This document shows positions 51,498 through 64,000 of a stretch of 64,000 nt of DNA, piece by piece. This DNA is from Octopus vulgaris (taxonomy: Eukaryota), in NCBI GenBank assembly GCA_951406725.2, contig OX597823.1:17298001-17362000 (forward strand), given 5' to 3'. The position numbers were made by a program, and so were the translations under genes. The notes under the pieces are model-generated. The model made no database searches and was not told the origin of the DNA. It saw only the letters and a list, made by a program, of their open reading frames with translations. Position 1 is the first letter of the stretch, and each line of letters starts with the position of its first letter.

Positions 51498-52647
51498 CAA
51501 AATAGGACAAGAACACAAAACATCCGGACAGTTAAGTGATACAAAATTGGGACAACAAAACATCCAGATAGACGATATAAAGAAAACGAGGACAGGTCAT
51601 TCGAACTCTTCTTTCCCCAGTCAAGTACCAGATTATCTTCGCAATTTCGGTTGATTATACTTGAGATTGCTCCAATCTGGCAATCCCCAAGGAAAAACTA
51701 AGCTAAGAGCATTAGATTCTTTGGAAGAAAGCAACGAATGTATACAAAAACAAAGACGAAAAAAAAATGGAGAATTTTACACAAATACAATAAAAATAAT
51801 AATAATAACAGGACTTAACAACAGGTGTCTTTCGACTAAGGACGAATTGAATTAAGCTGGCATGTGTGGAAATGAAGTCTTACGTAGGGATACAAGATTT
51901 CACAAACACAGGGAGGAATATCGATGTTGCACGGACAACGGCCTGACCAAGAAAAAGAACAGGCTTGGCCGAACGCCAGTCACGTGGGAAGAGAAGAGAG
52001 AGAAGTAGAAGCAGAGGGACAAAAGAATTAAGAAGGGTCGAAAAAAAATGACAGGGACATATAAATATATTATAATGGAATAATTACTATGAAGCATTGT
52101 CTAGAATATATTGTATTCTACGGCTGCGCAGTAGATTTTGAAAAAGTTAAGACGTATAAATACGGGGCAAGTAGTTTGATCGCCCCGTGTGTATACGTTT
52201 AACCCTAGGTGGTCCTGCTGAAGAAGATTGCACCTGGCGGGTTCCTTTACTCGCTAAACTAAAATCAAAAACCAATTGATCCAGGAAACTAGATGGTAAA
52301 ATGTTTTTATTTTTCATTTCGTTCCTGTCGAATTTTATCCCTAATTTTTGTGGTTATAGAACCTAGCTGTTCTTTCTAGCGTGTTGAATTCCTATGAGTA
52401 GATTCCTCATGTGTTTAAATATACACTATATCGTATGACTATATATATGACTATATATATACATGGTGTACGTTCCCGTACTTTAGCGGTTCGGCAAAAA
52501 ACACTGATAGACTAAGTCCCAGACTTGAAAGGAAAAAAAAGTACTGGAGTCGATTCGTTCGACTAAAATTCTTCAACGCGGTGCCCCAGCATGGCCGCAG
52601 CTTAATGACTGAAACAATTAAAAGATAGATGATAAAGACATGTGTAC

Positions 52648-52738
<91 letters not shown>

Positions 52739-52942
52739 CGCGTTTAGTTTTTTTCTTTTACTTGTATCATTTATTTGTTTGTGACCATACTGGGGCACCA
52801 CTTTGAAGGTTTTAGGTAATCATTTTGCCCATATTATTTATACCAGTCTGACGCTTGATTTATCCACGATATTTGTCGAACTGCTAAGTTGCAGGACAGA
52901 AATGGGTAACACAAAAGACAATATTTATACCAGTATAAACAT

Positions 52943-52999
<57 letters not shown>

Positions 53000-53130
53000 T
53001 TTCTGAAGAGATTTCTGCTATTAAATTCTGCGGCTGTAAAGAAGACATTTGCCTAAGGTGTCACCTTGTAAGATCGAATCCGGAAGTACATGACTCAGAA
53101 GACGAACTTCATAACTGCATAATCATATAT

Positions 53131-53586
53131 ATGAAGGGCGTCATCTACAACCACTGGGTTTCCTATGGCCAGACGGTCAACAAAGAGTATTTTGTGGAGG
53201 TTTTGAGAGAGTTGAGGAAAAGATTTCGTTGCAAAAGGCCAGAGCACCTGCACCAGGGCAATGCACAAGTCCATACTGCTATCCTGGTAACCAACTACTT
53301 GACAGAGAGGAGCATCAATACTGTCCCGCACCCTTCCTAAATTCCAGACCTAACTCCCTGCAAATTTTGGTTGTTCCCTAAGCTGAAGGAAGAGATGGAC
53401 GTGGCTGTGACAATGGTCTTGGACCCTTTCACTTTGGAGGATTTTCATGGGGTCTTCACAAAAGGGCTATAGCAATTCAACAAGTGCATTGATGTCAGAG
53501 TCTCCTATTTTGATGAAGATTAGAGCTTTGCACTTTGAAATTAATAAATGTCTCTCTTGAAAAAAAATCACAACACTTCTTATGTA

Positions 53587-53590
<4 letters not shown>
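53131..53590 (+). pseudogene. Mariner transposase relic (C-terminal catalytic region)
   Basis: GVIYNHWVSYGQTVNKEYFVEVLRELRKRFRCKRPE..HQGNAQVH...TVPHPS*IPDLTPCKFWLFPKLK matches the mariner HHDNAP.H and PHPPYSPDLAPCDF.LF motifs; in-frame stop. Confidence 0.92.
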
Positions 53591-53676
<86 letters not shown>

Positions 53677-53712
53677 AGTGTGTGTATGTGTGTGTGTGTG
53701 TGTGTGTGTGTA

Positions 53713-53944
53713 GGCGCGTGGCTTAGTGGTTAGGGTGTCAGCACCATGATCGTAAGATTGTGGTTTCGATTCCTGGACCGGGCGATGCGTTTGGTTCTTG
53801 AGCAAAACACTTCATTTGCCACTCAGCTGGCATAAATGAGTAACGCTGTGAGATGGACTGGCATCCCCTCCAGCTGGGGAACACATACACCATAGAAACT
53901 GAGAAACCGGGCCCATGAGCCTGGTTAGGCTTTAAAAGGGCGCA
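53713..53944 (+). mobile_element. tRNA-SINE head H2 + tail T2
   Basis: GGCGCGTGGCTTAGTGGTTAGG...GGTTTCGATTCC...TTCTTGAGCAAAACACTT...CACTCAGCTGGCATAAATGAGT, then the T2 tail. Confidence 0.85.
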
Positions 53945-54122
53945 TTTATATATATATATATATATATCGTAACAACCAAGTGTGGCGTTCTATAAAGGAC
54001 AGTGCTACTGACATTTATAGCCCCAAGAAGGCATCTTCTCCAGCTGGCTAACGACACACATTCTGCGTCTGATTAGTATTTGCGAGGAGAGGCCATTGCT
54101 CCCATCTCTAGCTTTACGTGAT

Positions 54123-54169
54123 ACACACGCACTCGAGTTTCTTGGTGGTTACCCGTTCTCAGCGTGTGT
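54123..54169 (-). ncRNA. Degenerate minimal hammerhead in a repeat (about 53970-54180) related to 7145-7430
   Basis: Minus: acacacg-CTGAGAA-..-GAAA-ctcgag-TG-cgtgtgt; perfect 7-bp stem I, palindromic stem III, mutated core and cleavage triplet. Confidence 0.45.
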
Positions 54170-56196
54170 TAACCACAAGCTAGTGATGAAAACGCATTCC
54201 ACTCGCAAAATACTATAAGCTTTTTCCAGCGATAAATTCTCGCTGATCTTGAAAAAGGAGAAATAAGTTATATTAAATCTCTGAGCGGAACGTGACTTGA
54301 CACTACAAACAGTTTTTGTATATTGATCTGCATACAAAACTACACCAACACCGAGAAATATGTAGTTGAAGCTTACTTAGCTGTGCTGAGTTACATATCA
54401 AATTCCACGCTCTAATCACATTTGTGCATATTTCTTTAAATGTGCAGTATGTAATATGATGTAATGTATGTCATGTGTGTATGATTCCATACATGTTTTT
54501 ATGTATATATGTCAGATTAGACACCTACAGCTCAGCTAATAGTAATTATATAAACCCGTATAAACTCTGCATTGTTGGGCTGTCAGTGACTAAACTGACA
54601 CCCCTAGCAAGCCTGCTTGGCTAGGAAGGTGAGTTTTATACACCAAATGGGTTGATAAATAGAAACTGTCAAGGACAGGTAAGCTAAAAGAGTCGACGTC
54701 ATTAAATCAATGCGGATGTGTATGTATGAATAAATACATACATGTGCCTATATCTGTGTCTTTCTCACTATAGAGCGATTCTGTAATTCCTTGTTGAACA
54801 ACTTGCATCTATAATTTGTTTATAGCGATCAAATATTTGTGCCGTAGATGAGCTCACCCCTTCCACCAAATCGACACATTATATACACGACATCTGCTAT
54901 TAAAATTCACAAAATCCCAAAGCTACCTACTATGCACCATACAGAGCTCCGTAACAAAAAGCATTGCTAGAATTACCAAATATTCTAGATTAAACCTAGA
55001 ATTACCGAATAATTTACTGTGAGAGGAATAACGAACAGAGAAAGCAAAGGACGAAAACGCACATTAGATAAATAGCGACATTCTATCCTCAGCTACCAAA
55101 TCAAATATCTTCATAGTTTCGACACCATATACGTATGATGTATGTATGTATGTATGTATGTATTTGTGCATGTATTAACATGAACATAAATTATACACAG
55201 GAAAAGAATAATCTTACTCCAAATCTGCGATGGTTTTAGTCTCAAGTCACCTTGCTTACGTGCTTGTTGTGCAGTTAATATGGTACTCGCGTCCCCTTTG
55301 TCACTATAATATTAGATGTATTAGTACTTTTTGTACCTCTATTTTCTTCTAGTTCTATTTTTCCATCAGTTCTGTATTTTCGTTACTCGTAAGGGTACAC
55401 ACAAGGTGTAGTATAAGTGAGAACCGTTGAGATTCTCTGATCGCCGTTGAATTATAATTTGTATATAGGAGATAGAGGATTAGTTTTGCTATACTCGTAT
55501 AAGACTTAATAGAGAAAATAATAGGCACTACAGATTTAAAAGAAAAAGAGGTAAAACGCAGAAGGCACTCAAATGCATACCCTCCTCACTCTCACCTTTC
55601 CTCTTCTCCCTCTATTACTGCATTAACCTATTACTGCATTGACCTTGAAGGATGAAAGAACAACCAAGATGAGGACGCAACGAAAATAACGTCTCAAGAA
55701 ACGATAGGGTGCAGGTGGGTAAAAACAACTAGATGTAAGTAATAACCGTTATGAAATTAACACCGAAGACGTAGTCCACAACCCGTTTCACAGAATAGAT
55801 ATTCCCGATGATCGATATATAAGCTGTTGAAGTGTTATGGAGGCCATACTCACTCATATGCTTCGAGAATATTGCTAGAATGTTCTTTCCGAAATCTTTA
55901 TAAAATGTGAGCTCAACAGAACAGATATAATGATGCGGGAAGGAAAAAGATATTGTGTCCAGTTGTAGAAGTCAGTTGTCAAGCTGACGTTAATGACACC
56001 TTAGATTAAAGAAAAAGAAACCACCTACGGTAAGCAAAGGAGAAACTTGCTGATACTTCGAACGAATTATAACTTAAGTTTATACATAAGTGGCAATTGG
56101 AGTCACTTGTTATGTAAATAACCTCTCCAGCGCCAATGTTGAAAATCTGGGATTTAAAAAGCCAGAAAAAGGCACAATATATTCGGAGACTGAAAC

Positions 56197-56521
56197 GGGC
56201 GGGTGGCAGCATTGTTAGCACGCCGAACAAAATGTATAATGGAATTTCTTCCGCTTTTACATTCCGAGTTCAAATTCCGCTGAGTTCTTTGTCTTTTCAA
56301 AAAGGCGGCGAGCTGGTAGAAACGTTAGCACGCCGGGCGAAATTCGTCTGTCGTTACGTTCCGAGTTCAAATTCCGCCGAGGTCGACTTTGCCTTTCATC
56401 CTTTCGGGGTCGATAAATTAAGTACCAGTTACGCACTGGGGTCGATGTAGCCGACTTAATCCCTTTGTCTGTCCTTGTTTGTCCCCTTTGTGTTTAGCCC
56501 CTTGTGGGTAGTAAAGAAATA
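56197..56521 (+). mobile_element. Composite SINE-M (diverged head plus young tail-A copy) within one TSD
   Basis: TSD ATATATTCGGAGAC at 56177-56190 and 56521-56534. Confidence 0.82.
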
Positions 56522-56736
56522 TATATTCGGAGACAGAAATCTATTAATGGCACTGTAGAAATGCGGTAATTATTGCAGTGCAGTCTGTAGTCCACATAAG
56601 TACACAGAAAAATACAGACATATCTCTATATACACATATATATATAGCCAAACTAAACTATAGATTCGCACGTGCAATGGCATGCATACATGTAAATACA
56701 CGTGCACACCTATATACTTACGTGTGCAGCTAGCTA

Positions 56737-56771
<35 letters not shown>

Positions 56772-57344
56772 ATGCAAGATACATACATACATTACATAGA
56801 GCTTATTTCTCTGACGAATAACTTGCAGGGACAGAGCTTTGCGTTTTGGTTGGAAACCGGCTCTTTTGCTACAAAAGAGAATTTGAAGACGGAAAACCAA
56901 GAGAAAATAATAAAGACCAGTCAACTACTAAAATCGATATATCTGTCTGTGCCCATTCCCCCATCAAATATATGGCCCTGTGCCAATATCATAAATCATT
57001 GGTAGAAAACAGACTTGAAGACGTACGTTTCCGCTGGCCTCATCGATATTCTAACATCTGTTATTGATTACCTTAATAAACTGCTGTTTTCTGCAATTGT
57101 TAACTGTGTGGTGAGTCAAGTTACTGCTAATCTAGTCAACCACACGGGAATCACCATCATGAAAAGCCAACTAGGGAGATCCCATATGGTTATTCAAGGT
57201 CTTTGAAACAGAATCCGAATTCCTTAAAAGAAAAAATGGACGTATTGGTTAGTGTAATCCGAAACATAAAAGAAGATATATATACATACATACATACATA
57301 CAAATATACATACGTACGTGTTTAGTTACAAAAAATAATTTTTT

Positions 57345-57372
57345 GAATCTGTCGGTCAAAAGGTAAAGATCC
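57345..57372 (-). mobile_element. Isolated TIR of the GGATC-TIR family seen at 10621
   Basis: AATCTGTCGGTCAAAAGGTAAAGATCC is the reverse complement of 10621-10647. Confidence 0.7.
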
Positions 57373-57404
57373 ACGTTTACTTATATGCATATGTGGTTAC
57401 TTTA

Positions 57405-57463
<59 letters not shown>

Positions 57464-58199
57464 GTATATATAACATATCGGTGAACATTTGAGTATTTGA
57501 ATCACAACTCAGTTTCATGATGCTGATTATCCAAACGATCGTAGTAGGATGCTTGCTCATCAGAGTAAGGAAGGTCTTAGTAACATATATTGATACACTT
57601 AAACCACGGACGCGGGAGTTATAAAGAATGCCTCTGTTTTTACATTTGACATTGTTTGATGTTAGTTGTTCTACGCATTTCATCTTGGTGTTAAAACCAC
57701 TTCTAGTAGAGTTCTGTTGTAGGATATCCGATGGTAAGTTAAACATGCGTCTACGAGCGGTGTCTCTAACGTATTGTATAATCGTAGGCGAATGGTTGTT
57801 ATCTAAGACGGTAGGAGTAGTGTTTGTCTGTATGTAGGTTTTGTGTTGCATCTAAGAAAAAAATTTTTTTACAGTCTCCATGTTTATATTTATCAACTTA
57901 TAAATAAAATTCTTTATAAGCGCTAATTGGTGTCTTTCGGAATATGTCTGTTATGAGATTAGCATGACCTTCGTTTCTGTAAATTCTTCTGTTAGTGAAT
58001 CATTCTTTTTTTTCTTCTGAATGTGTGTAGGATGGATTGTGAAACAAAATTTAATTCTCTTCTCTATCGTTTATTTAAATCTCTTTTCCAAAGTTCATTT
58101 TCTAAGTTTCTTAAATCAGAAGAAATGGTCATAAAATAACTGCTTCCCTTACATTCATGGTAATATTGATATCGGTTATGACTGTAAATATTTTTCAAA

Positions 58200-59250
58200 A
58201 TTCTACAGCGTTCAAAAGACCTGTATTGCTAATGTTTTGTGATATTGAACAAGCGAATCTATTCTTGGTGTTATCTTCAACGTTATTGAACTTTTTATAA
58301 GTGTCTCTAATGTATTTCCATTCTGTTAAATTTGTATTTTATTCTTTTTTTTTTATTTATGAATTTCAAAATGTGTTTGGTGAATATTTCTAGTTCAATT
58401 AAGACGGCGAGCTGACAGAGGCGTTACCTGGCAGAGGAGTTGAGAATTCTACAACTTAGAACTATCCTGGTTTTCCTTTAATGTTGTATAAAATCTGTAT
58501 GGTTTGGGGCGTACTACTCGGATCTGATGTATGTAAATTTGTTAATAGAGTGTTAAGGCGGCGAGCTGGCAGAAACATTAGCACGCCGGGCGAAATGCGT
58601 AGCCGTATTTCGTCTGCCGTTACAGTCTGAGTTCAAATTCCGCCAAGGTTGACTTTGCCTTTCATTCTTTCGGGGTCGATAAATTAAGTACCAGTTGCGC
58701 ACTGAGGTCGATATAATCGACTTAATCCCTTTGTCTGTCTTTGTTTGTCCTCTCTGTGTTTAGCCCCTTGTGGGTAGTAAAGAAATAGGTATTTCGTCTG
58801 CAGAAGGGGGCGAGCTGGCGGAAATGTTAGCACGCCGGGCGAAATGCTTTGTGGCATTTCGTCTGCCGCTTCGTTCTGTGTTCAAATTCCGCCGAGGCTG
58901 ACTTTGCCTTTCATCCTTTCGGGGTCGATAAATTAAGTACCAGTTACGCACGGGTCGATGTAATCGACTTAATCCGTTTGTCTGTCCTTCTCTGTCCCCT
59001 CTGTGTTTAGTCCCTTGTGGGTAGTAAAGAAATAAAGAAATAGTATGCAAATTTGTTACTAGAGTGTTTGCCCCGATTTTTATAATTGTACGCATTTGAG
59101 CTTGTTTTCTTTGTATGTTTTCGTTATATTGTTTAGCAGCGATCTTCTGTTAAGTATTTCTGTCTAGTTAGTACCAATTGTTGTTTCTATCGACGTATGT
59201 AATGTTTGAATAGTGATTACATATAATTTTATTGGAGTTGAAAAGACTTC
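58200..59250 (-). pseudogene. Degraded Penelope-like reverse transcriptase, N-terminal region, split by a SINE dimer
   Basis: Minus: VDRNNNWY (cf. ADKT.N.Y), LLNNITKTYKK, CRILNSS (cf. CRLINP), ELEIFTKHIL, LTEWKY (cf. LNQW.N), in the expected order. Confidence 0.65.
58557..59042 (+). mobile_element. Tandem pair of tail-A SINE-M copies inside one 26-bp TSD
   Basis: GTATG(T/C)AAATTTGTTA(A/C)TAGAGTGTT at 58529-58554 and 59043-59068. Confidence 0.88.
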
Positions 59251-59345
59251 ACAAACTACTTCAATAAAATGTTACTCTAGCTTTGGTATTCGAGTACTAT
59301 TTTCCCCAGCTTGTCTTGTATCTATATGCTCACCTATAAGCGTGC

Positions 59346-59386
<41 letters not shown>

Positions 59387-59463
59387 TAAAAAAATGGAGT
59401 TAACGCAGGTGTAATCAAATATTTTTACTTTCCGTGTTAATTGTTAACAAGGTAAAAATACAC

Positions 59464-59495
<32 letters not shown>

Positions 59496-60029
59496 GTGGG
59501 CGGGTATTGTGCATGTGTGTTGTATGCACCTATAAGTAATTGGTTTTTCTTTAGAAATATTATTGAAAACGTGTCTATGTTCCAGTTATTCTATTTCTTT
59601 TTTTTTTATCTTATTCATTTATACTTATGACTAATTCATGGTTTGTTTGCAATAAACCACGTTCAAAGACCGACTGTACAATTAAGTTTTTAAGACCTTT
59701 TTGGTCGCGTAGTCTGGATTAAAAGAAACATTTGAACTTACAGATAGATTTGGCGTTTACAAGTTTGATAACGAAGCATAGAATTATTGTCTTTCTTTTT
59801 TTTTTTTTTTTTTATTATTTTGCCTATTGACTTGTTCTCGACCTTCAAATCTGTGGCGGCTGAACATCTACCAATCAGAATGACGAGATCCGTTCATTAG
59901 TGTCTGATGTGTGGCGTTTGCTTGTTTGTGTGCGCTGTTCAAACACGAAGGGTGCTTAATTATAGATATTGATTTCACGAATAATGTCATCTTTCTCCTT
60001 CTACCACTGCTGCCTCAGTTACTACAAAT

Positions 60030-60038
60030 ACTACTACC

Positions 60039-60126
<88 letters not shown>

Positions 60127-60143
60127 TTACTACTACTACTACC

Positions 60144-60181
<38 letters not shown>

Positions 60182-60192
60182 CCACCACCACC

Positions 60193-60254
<62 letters not shown>

Positions 60255-60294
60255 CACCACCACCACCACCACCACCACCACTACTACTACTACT
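60030..60294. repeat. (ACT)n/(ACC)n trinucleotide array
   Basis: Directly visible. Confidence 0.95.
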
Positions 60295-60619
60295 TTTTTC
60301 TTGTTACTCTTCTTGTTCTTAATGTTACTCATTTTGTAAGTTGTAAAAAAAAAAAAATAACTCGCCCAATGTTTTGGTGATAGGCACACTACTTTTCCCC
60401 GTTTAACACCACCATGTGGCCCTTATGTATCTTTAGCGGAGTTTGCTCTATTGCAAGCATTCGGATCAGGCCTCTCGCCGAAGGGATTCTGTGATCTATC
60501 CGCGCACTGTTATCCTCTCCGTTTTACCTATGATAACAAAAAAATTAGATTCAAGCCCACAGGCTAATTCTCCTTCCTCTTCTCAAACGCACGAGGATTT
60601 ATCTTCAATCTAGATCCCA

Positions 60620-61240
60620 AATATCAGCTCTTAATTACACGCAAAGCAATCATTTATTTATCTCCGAGAAGCAAATTCCTCAACTACCCTGTCCAGGATT
60701 ACCTCCAAAGGTGGTGTCTGCACAAAAGTAGACTTCACTTTTCCTATCACTAACCTCTCTCATCTGGATTACAGCATTAATGACTCCCAGTTTCCCTGGC
60801 TTTCAAAGTTTCTCTCTCCCATTCTTTCAAATGCATCGGCTTCCACTGTCGCCATCCGAACTCCTTAACCCCCCAACAACCTATTTCTTTACTACCCACA
60901 AGAGGCTAAACATAGAGGGGACAAACAAGGACAGACATAGGTATTAAGTCGATTACATCGACCCCAGTGCGTAACTGGTACTTTATTTATCGACCCCGAA
61001 AGGATGAAAGGCAAAGTCGACCTCGGCGGAATTTGAACTCACAACATAGCGGCAGACGAAATACGGCTACGCGTTTCGTCCGACGTGCTAACGTTTCTGC
61101 CAGCTCGCCGCCCAACAACCCTTTGCTCATATTTAGTTTCAACTACTTTCATCTCCGAACTCATTGTCTTCGGCGACTTCAACGTTCACGACTCTTCATG
61201 GTTCTCAGCCTCCTTCCACATCGATGCTGCCATTCAGTTA
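60620..61240 (+). pseudogene. Degraded APE endonuclease of a CR1/Jockey-type LINE, split by a SINE
   Basis: KGGVC...FPWL...CIGFHCRHPNS (cf. YRSPN) upstream of the SINE; SELIVFGDFNVHDSSW (GDFN motif) downstream. Confidence 0.75.
60882..61112 (-). mobile_element. SINE-M tail A
   Basis: TSD CCCAACAACC at 60872-60881 and 61111-61120. Confidence 0.9.
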
Positions 61241-62355
61241 TCGTGTCCCACGCAAGTTTCCACCTCTCTACTCTCTTGTTACGTCCAGTCCTCCGTCCTG
61301 AACATTAAGTTCGGTCCTTCTTCCCCATAACAAGCTCCACCTGGAAACATTTCATTGTTCATGTTTTTCCTGCAAATCTTTAACTGCAACAGTTTAAACG
61401 GCACATTATCGGCACCAAAATCACAAGTCTCGGAGGGCCTGCAAAGATCATGACATTGTCCCTTACTCCAAGTCCAGTTAAATACAAAAAAAAAAAAAAA
61501 AAAAATATGCATATATATTTCCACGCACACATGTATATATAAATATGTGTGTGTGTGTGTTTGTATGTGAGTACAACAGGCTTCCGCGCGAATTATGTTT
61601 AACAAATTCTATTCACAAGACATTAACTTACACGCGTAAAAAGATGCTCGCTTAAAATGCCATGTGACTGCGAACTAATTAGTTTAGCCACATCTGCTCG
61701 TCTGTGCCAATACTTGTGGAATAAACAATATTCCTTCACTGTTTAATACTTTACATCATAAAACTAATCAACTGTCGTCGGTATCTGTTGCCAGGTGTTA
61801 ATTTTTTACGAGGATGCGTTATCTGCTGACTTATAAGTTGCATTTTACTAGCTCTACATTAATCAATCTCGGTCGATTCTGGTTTATATTAAAACTGAAG
61901 CAAACGCAGCTTTTCCATGCTTCTCCCCCAAAGCTATAAACATCAAAATTAATCTGCTCTGCTAAGTGCTTTAATCTAGTATGTGTAAGTCTGGGAATAT
62001 GTAAGTCTTGAAACGTGAGAGGCACAATTTCAGTTTGGCATATTGTTTGTTATTTGAAACGATGTGCTGGTAAGGAAGTATAAAACTGTCATAAAATAAG
62101 TATTAAAAAGAAGAAAAAAAAATGGAACGTTTGTTATTTCGAATAACACACATTTTCCAAATACATACACAAGTGTATTTACATATATTTACAGATGTAT
62201 ATCTATAAATTTCTGTCGATTCACCGAGAGGCGATAAATTTCAGAACTCAATACGTATTCATTAATATAACTGAAAGGTTCAAAATTTCAGTACTCCAAG
62301 TTACACGTTTCCAATCATAGATTTCCATACAAGCATATCTGTATAAAACTATGTT

Positions 62356-62386
<31 letters not shown>

Positions 62387-62395
62387 ATATATATA

Positions 62396-62674
62396 TTCAA
62401 AGAAGACTGCAGTGTACGTTCAAACACAAAAGAGATACCCGAAGAATAGGATATCTGACTCGCTAGAAAGAGCAGTTAAAAACTCCTAGCCACCAATTGT
62501 TGTAATTCCGAAAGTGATTGGAAAATAAAAACTTTTACCTTTTATTTTCCAATCACTTTCGGAATTACAACAATTGGTGGCTAGGAGTTTTTAACTGCTC
62601 TTTCTAGCGAGTCAGATATCCTATTCTTCGGGTATCTCTTTTCTGTTTGAACGTACACTGCATTCTTCCTTGAA
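62396..62674. repeat. Near-perfect palindrome, ~135-bp arms with a 9-bp spacer
   Basis: 62396-62530 versus 62540-62674; spacer ACTTTTACC; flanked by TA-rich sequence. Confidence 0.95.
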
Positions 62675-62760
62675 TAATATATAGTCTATTGACTAATTTT
62701 TTCTTTCTCACTAGACCACTGGTGACTAATAATTTTTCTATGAATATTCTTGCTACCCTA

Positions 62761-62823
<63 letters not shown>

Positions 62824-63364
62824 AGCTTAGAGAAGAAGGAACGAAGCGAAACGAAACGAATCGAATCGACGCGAGGGCACTCAGTCATACAATAGTGTAA
62901 GAAATAAAATATATGCATACATACAAACATATATGTACGTACCTACATCTACATGTATATATACATACATATATAAATATATATACGTGTGTACAGGACA
63001 CCACAAATAGACGTAGAACTCAACGAGAAACGAAAAAGTAAAAACACCATGGAACGGACCATTTTTTAACAACGAAAAAACAGAGTACAAGACAACTGCA
63101 CAAGGAAAAATCCCCTTACATATATATATATATATATATATATATACGCGCGCACGCACACACACACACACACACTCTGTAGAGATAACTTGAAAAGTGA
63201 TTAAACTGCTCAACCAACACAAACAGTAAGACATAATATTAACTTGTAAAGCCTTAAATAATACTTGGCAGCATATTATGGTTACATAACGAAATACAGT
63301 GCATATTCATTCTTATTTTGTTATCTATCTATCCATCTATCTATCCAGCCATCTATCTCTATAC

Positions 63365-63439
<75 letters not shown>

Positions 63440-63457
63440 CCTATCTATCTATCTATT

Positions 63458-63717
63458 GAAAACAGAGGGTTACCTACTTGCAAATAAATGTGGTAACATG
63501 TAACAATATTGACCGAGGTTACCGTGGTCTTTTCCGTAGGCTTTTCTTCCCACGGATAAACCTTATCTGCTTCCCCTTTACACCTTACATCTGTGATACA
63601 CGATCCCTATTGATCGTTTTTTTCTCTTCCTTCTTTGTTTCTTTTTCTTTTTTAAAAAAAATTTTCTTCTTTCTGCTTTCCCTTTTACGATCCCTTTTGA
63701 TCGAAAACCTATCCCAC

Positions 63718-63778
<61 letters not shown>

Positions 63779-63858
63779 TTCTTCTCCCCCAAAAAAGAAA
63801 AGCTCTACTTTGTAATCTGTCCCGTCTGTGTGCAGCCCTGTGTGGCTAATAAAGAAAC
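63458..63858 (+). mobile_element. Tx1-like LINE 3'UTR fragment flanked by (ATCT)n on both sides
   Basis: Matches 1001-1381; (ATCT)n at 63322-63455 and from 63861. Confidence 0.85.
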
Positions 63859-64000
63859 ATATCTATCTGTCTATCTATCTGTCGCTATATATACATATTT
63901 TTTTTCTTGTTTCAGCTCAGAGCTGCGGCCATGCTGATGTACCATATATATATATACTTGTGTAGTGTACACACACACAAGGAAAAACCAGTAGCGCCGG

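Noticed and set aside
56822-57067. PH-domain-like peptide LCVLVGNRLFCYKREFEDGKPR...KIDISVC
   Set aside because: The second half is a decayed SINE-M tail, there is an in-frame stop just upstream and no convincing donor site; probably coincidental, though a tBLASTn would settle it.

Overview
AT-rich, microsatellite-dense eukaryotic DNA with no intact protein-coding gene, tRNA/rRNA gene or CRISPR array. The SINE families and repeat landscape look like an octopus (cephalopod) genome; this is inferred from repeat recognition, not checked. Almost all ORFs in the track are translations of microsatellites or SINEs. The recognisable content is transposon debris: tRNA-headed SINEs (some modular or nested), 3' ends of a Tx1/L1-clade LINE, RTE fragments, a CR1/Jockey-type endonuclease fragment, Penelope-like remnants with degenerate hammerhead motifs and palindromes, four non-autonomous Helitrons, a MITE with an 8-bp TSD, and a mariner relic. 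Best leads: (1) a Tx1-like LINE that appears to target (ATCT)n arrays, supported by a diagnostic TSD; (2) a SINE that shares that LINE's 3' tail and repeatedly nests into the head of its sister subfamily; (3) a 2x2 head/tail swap among tRNA-SINEs; (4) a 5'-inverted RTE insertion; (5) possible 5' exons of a minus-strand host gene. Novelty cannot be established without database searches.
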